Shown: positions 29,769 through 32,000 of the stretch, one piece after another
Position numbering within the stretch: position 1 is the stretch's first letter
How the letters are laid out: every line of letters starts with the position of its first letter
Assembly (NCBI RefSeq): GCF_016127575.1
Contig: NZ_CP066018.1
Span: 690,001 to 722,000 of the forward strand
DNA length: 32,000 nt
Direction of reading: 5' to 3'
Source: Cupriavidus necator
GTDB taxonomy: Bacteria > Pseudomonadota > Gammaproteobacteria > Burkholderiales > Burkholderiaceae
Position numbers and translations under genes: made by a program
Notes under the pieces: generated by a model
Databases searched by the model: none
What the model was told of the DNA's origin: nothing
The model's input: only the letters and a program-made list of their open reading frames with translations

Positions 29769-29939
29769 TCAGATGGCGACCATCTCGAAATCTTCCTTGC
29801 GCGCACCGCATTCCGGGCAGGTCCAGTTGATCGGCACGTCTTCCCACCGGGTTCCGGGGGCGATGCCGTCTTCCGGCGCGCCTGCGGCTTCATCGTAGAT
29901 CCAGCCGCAGATCAGGCACATCCAAGTCTTGTATTCCAT
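29769..29939 (-). CDS. Rubredoxin (56 aa).
   Basis: The protein reads [56 protein letters not shown], with two CxxCG knuckles. It corresponds to the last 56 aa of track ORF 29769..31496; the rest of that ORF is antisense to hemL. Confidence 0.92.
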   Translation of the reverse strand: MEYKTWMCLICGWIYDEAAGAPEDGIAPGTRWEDVPINWTCPECGARKEDFEMVAI

Positions 29940-30040
29940 AACAGGCTCTGGCCACTCTCCATTAAAATCCAGCGCAGATGGTACCGAAACCGTGCCGCCG
30001 GCGCCAGCCGGCGGCCGCCAGAATCGTGCCAGATCCGCCG

Positions 30041-30071
30041 TGTTCGCGCATGTTAGCGCCCTGTTAGCGCC
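30041..30071. repeat. Three tandem direct repeats of a 10-mer: TGTTCGCGCA, TGTTAGCGCC, a spacer base c, then TGTTAGCGCC.
   Basis: Copies 2 (30051-30060) and 3 (30062-30071) are identical, with an 11-bp period. Copy 1 (30041-30050) matches at 8 of 10 positions, with a 10-bp period. The array lies in the middle of the 240-bp rubredoxin/hemL divergent intergenic region. Confidence 0.6.
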
Positions 30072-30179
30072 TGATTGGCCGGTAATTGCAGCGAATTTCC
30101 GCTGTTTTTGCCGCATGTCAACGATAAGTCCCGGGCCGCCGCACACGATCCCAGCAGTCCTTGTCCTCACCTCAACGCC

Positions 30180-31472
<1,293 letters not shown>

Positions 31473-31484
31473 GGCCTTGCCAGG

Positions 31485-31510
31485 CAGGCGGCGCACCAGT
31501 GCGCCGCCTG
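31485..31510 (+). terminator. GC-rich hairpin after hemL with no U-tract.
   Basis: CAGGCGGCGCA (31485-31495) pairs with TGCGCCGCCTG (31500-31510), giving an 11-bp stem and a 4-nt loop. It starts 13 nt after the hemL stop. CACCTCTGG follows, so there is no T-run. Confidence 0.35.
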
Positions 31511-31572
31511 CACCTCTGGCGACAAGGGCGGTGCGCTACACTTGGGTTTTCGTCCAACCCGCGGAGTCTCCG

Positions 31573-32000
31573 ATGCGCGCTTCTTCGTCCCCCTCCTTGC
31601 CCGGCAGCTCGCCGATGCCGGTCTTGCGCTGGCTGCTGCTGGCGGTCATGGCCAGCCTGCTGTCCGCCTGCGGCTACAACGACTTCCAGGCCAAGGACGA
31701 GGCGGTCAAGGCAGCCTGGGGCGAAGTCATCAACCAGTACCAGCGCCGCGCCGACCTGATCCCGAACCTGGTCAACACGGTCAAGGGCTACGCCACGCAC
31801 GAGCGTGAGACCCTCGAGGCCGTGACCAAGGCGCGCGCCGCCGCCACCAGCATCCAGGTCTCGCCCGAGACCCTGAACGACCCCGAAGCCTTCAAGCGCT
31901 TCCAGCAGGCCCAGGGCGAGCTGTCCAGCGCGCTGTCGCGCCTGCTGGCGGTGTCCGAGAACTACCCGCAACTGAAGGCCGACGCCTCGTTCCGCGACCT
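31573..32000 (+). CDS. lemA: LemA family protein. Only the N-terminal part is present; the gene continues past the window end.
   Basis: This gene is not in the track because it is truncated by the window edge. Translation gives MRASSSPSLPGSSPMPVLRWLLLAVMASLLSACGYNDFQAKDEAVKAAWGEVINQYQRRADLIPNLVNTVKGYATHERETLEAVTKARAAAT...LLAVSENYPQLKADASFRDL, a typical LemA sequence. A GGAG SD lies 6 nt upstream of the ATG at 31573. The ATG at 31615 is an alternative start. Confidence 0.85.
   Translation, partial: MRASSSPSLPGSSPMPVLRWLLLAVMASLLSACGYNDFQAKDEAVKAAWGEVINQYQRRADLIPNLVNTVKGYATHERETLEAVTKARAAATSIQVSPETLNDPEAFKRFQQAQGELSSALSRLLAVSENYPQLKADASFRD

Overview
This is a GC-rich betaproteobacterial core-chromosome segment. 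From memory, the 366-aa zinc alcohol dehydrogenase at 1348-2448 looks identical or nearly identical to the fermentative Adh of Cupriavidus necator (Ralstonia eutropha) H16. I therefore read the window as Cupriavidus chromosome 1 or a very close relative; a BLAST would confirm this. I can support about 27 protein-coding genes. They are: a partial Fe(3+) ABC binding protein, an I78-family lipoprotein, adh, the ftsK-lolA-lipoprotein operon, trxB, an Smr protein, a TRIC/UPF0126 channel, nadE-glnB, a DUF482/FemAB-like acyltransferase, cytochrome b561, ppa, an aldehyde dehydrogenase-SDR-MFS catabolic cluster, a Pro/Ala-rich secreted protein, the type IV pilus chemosensory cluster (rubredoxin-pilG-pilH-pilI-pilJ-chpA/pilL on the minus strand), hemL and a partial lemA. 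Many long ORFs in the track are codon-aligned antisense shadows of real genes, including a 2044-aa ORF opposite chpA. Several track ORFs also begin too far upstream, and I re-placed those starts using SD sequences and homologue N-termini. I found no rRNA, tRNA, CRISPR, IS or transposase, integrase, phage or recognisable defence genes. Honest assessment: this is an ordinary housekeeping region, and I see no convincing evidence of a previously undescribed multi-gene system. The most system-like element, Pil-Chp, belongs to a well-described family. The findings are small-scale: candidate operator and repeat elements in intergenic regions, a few orphan small ORFs, and some architectural details of ChpA.
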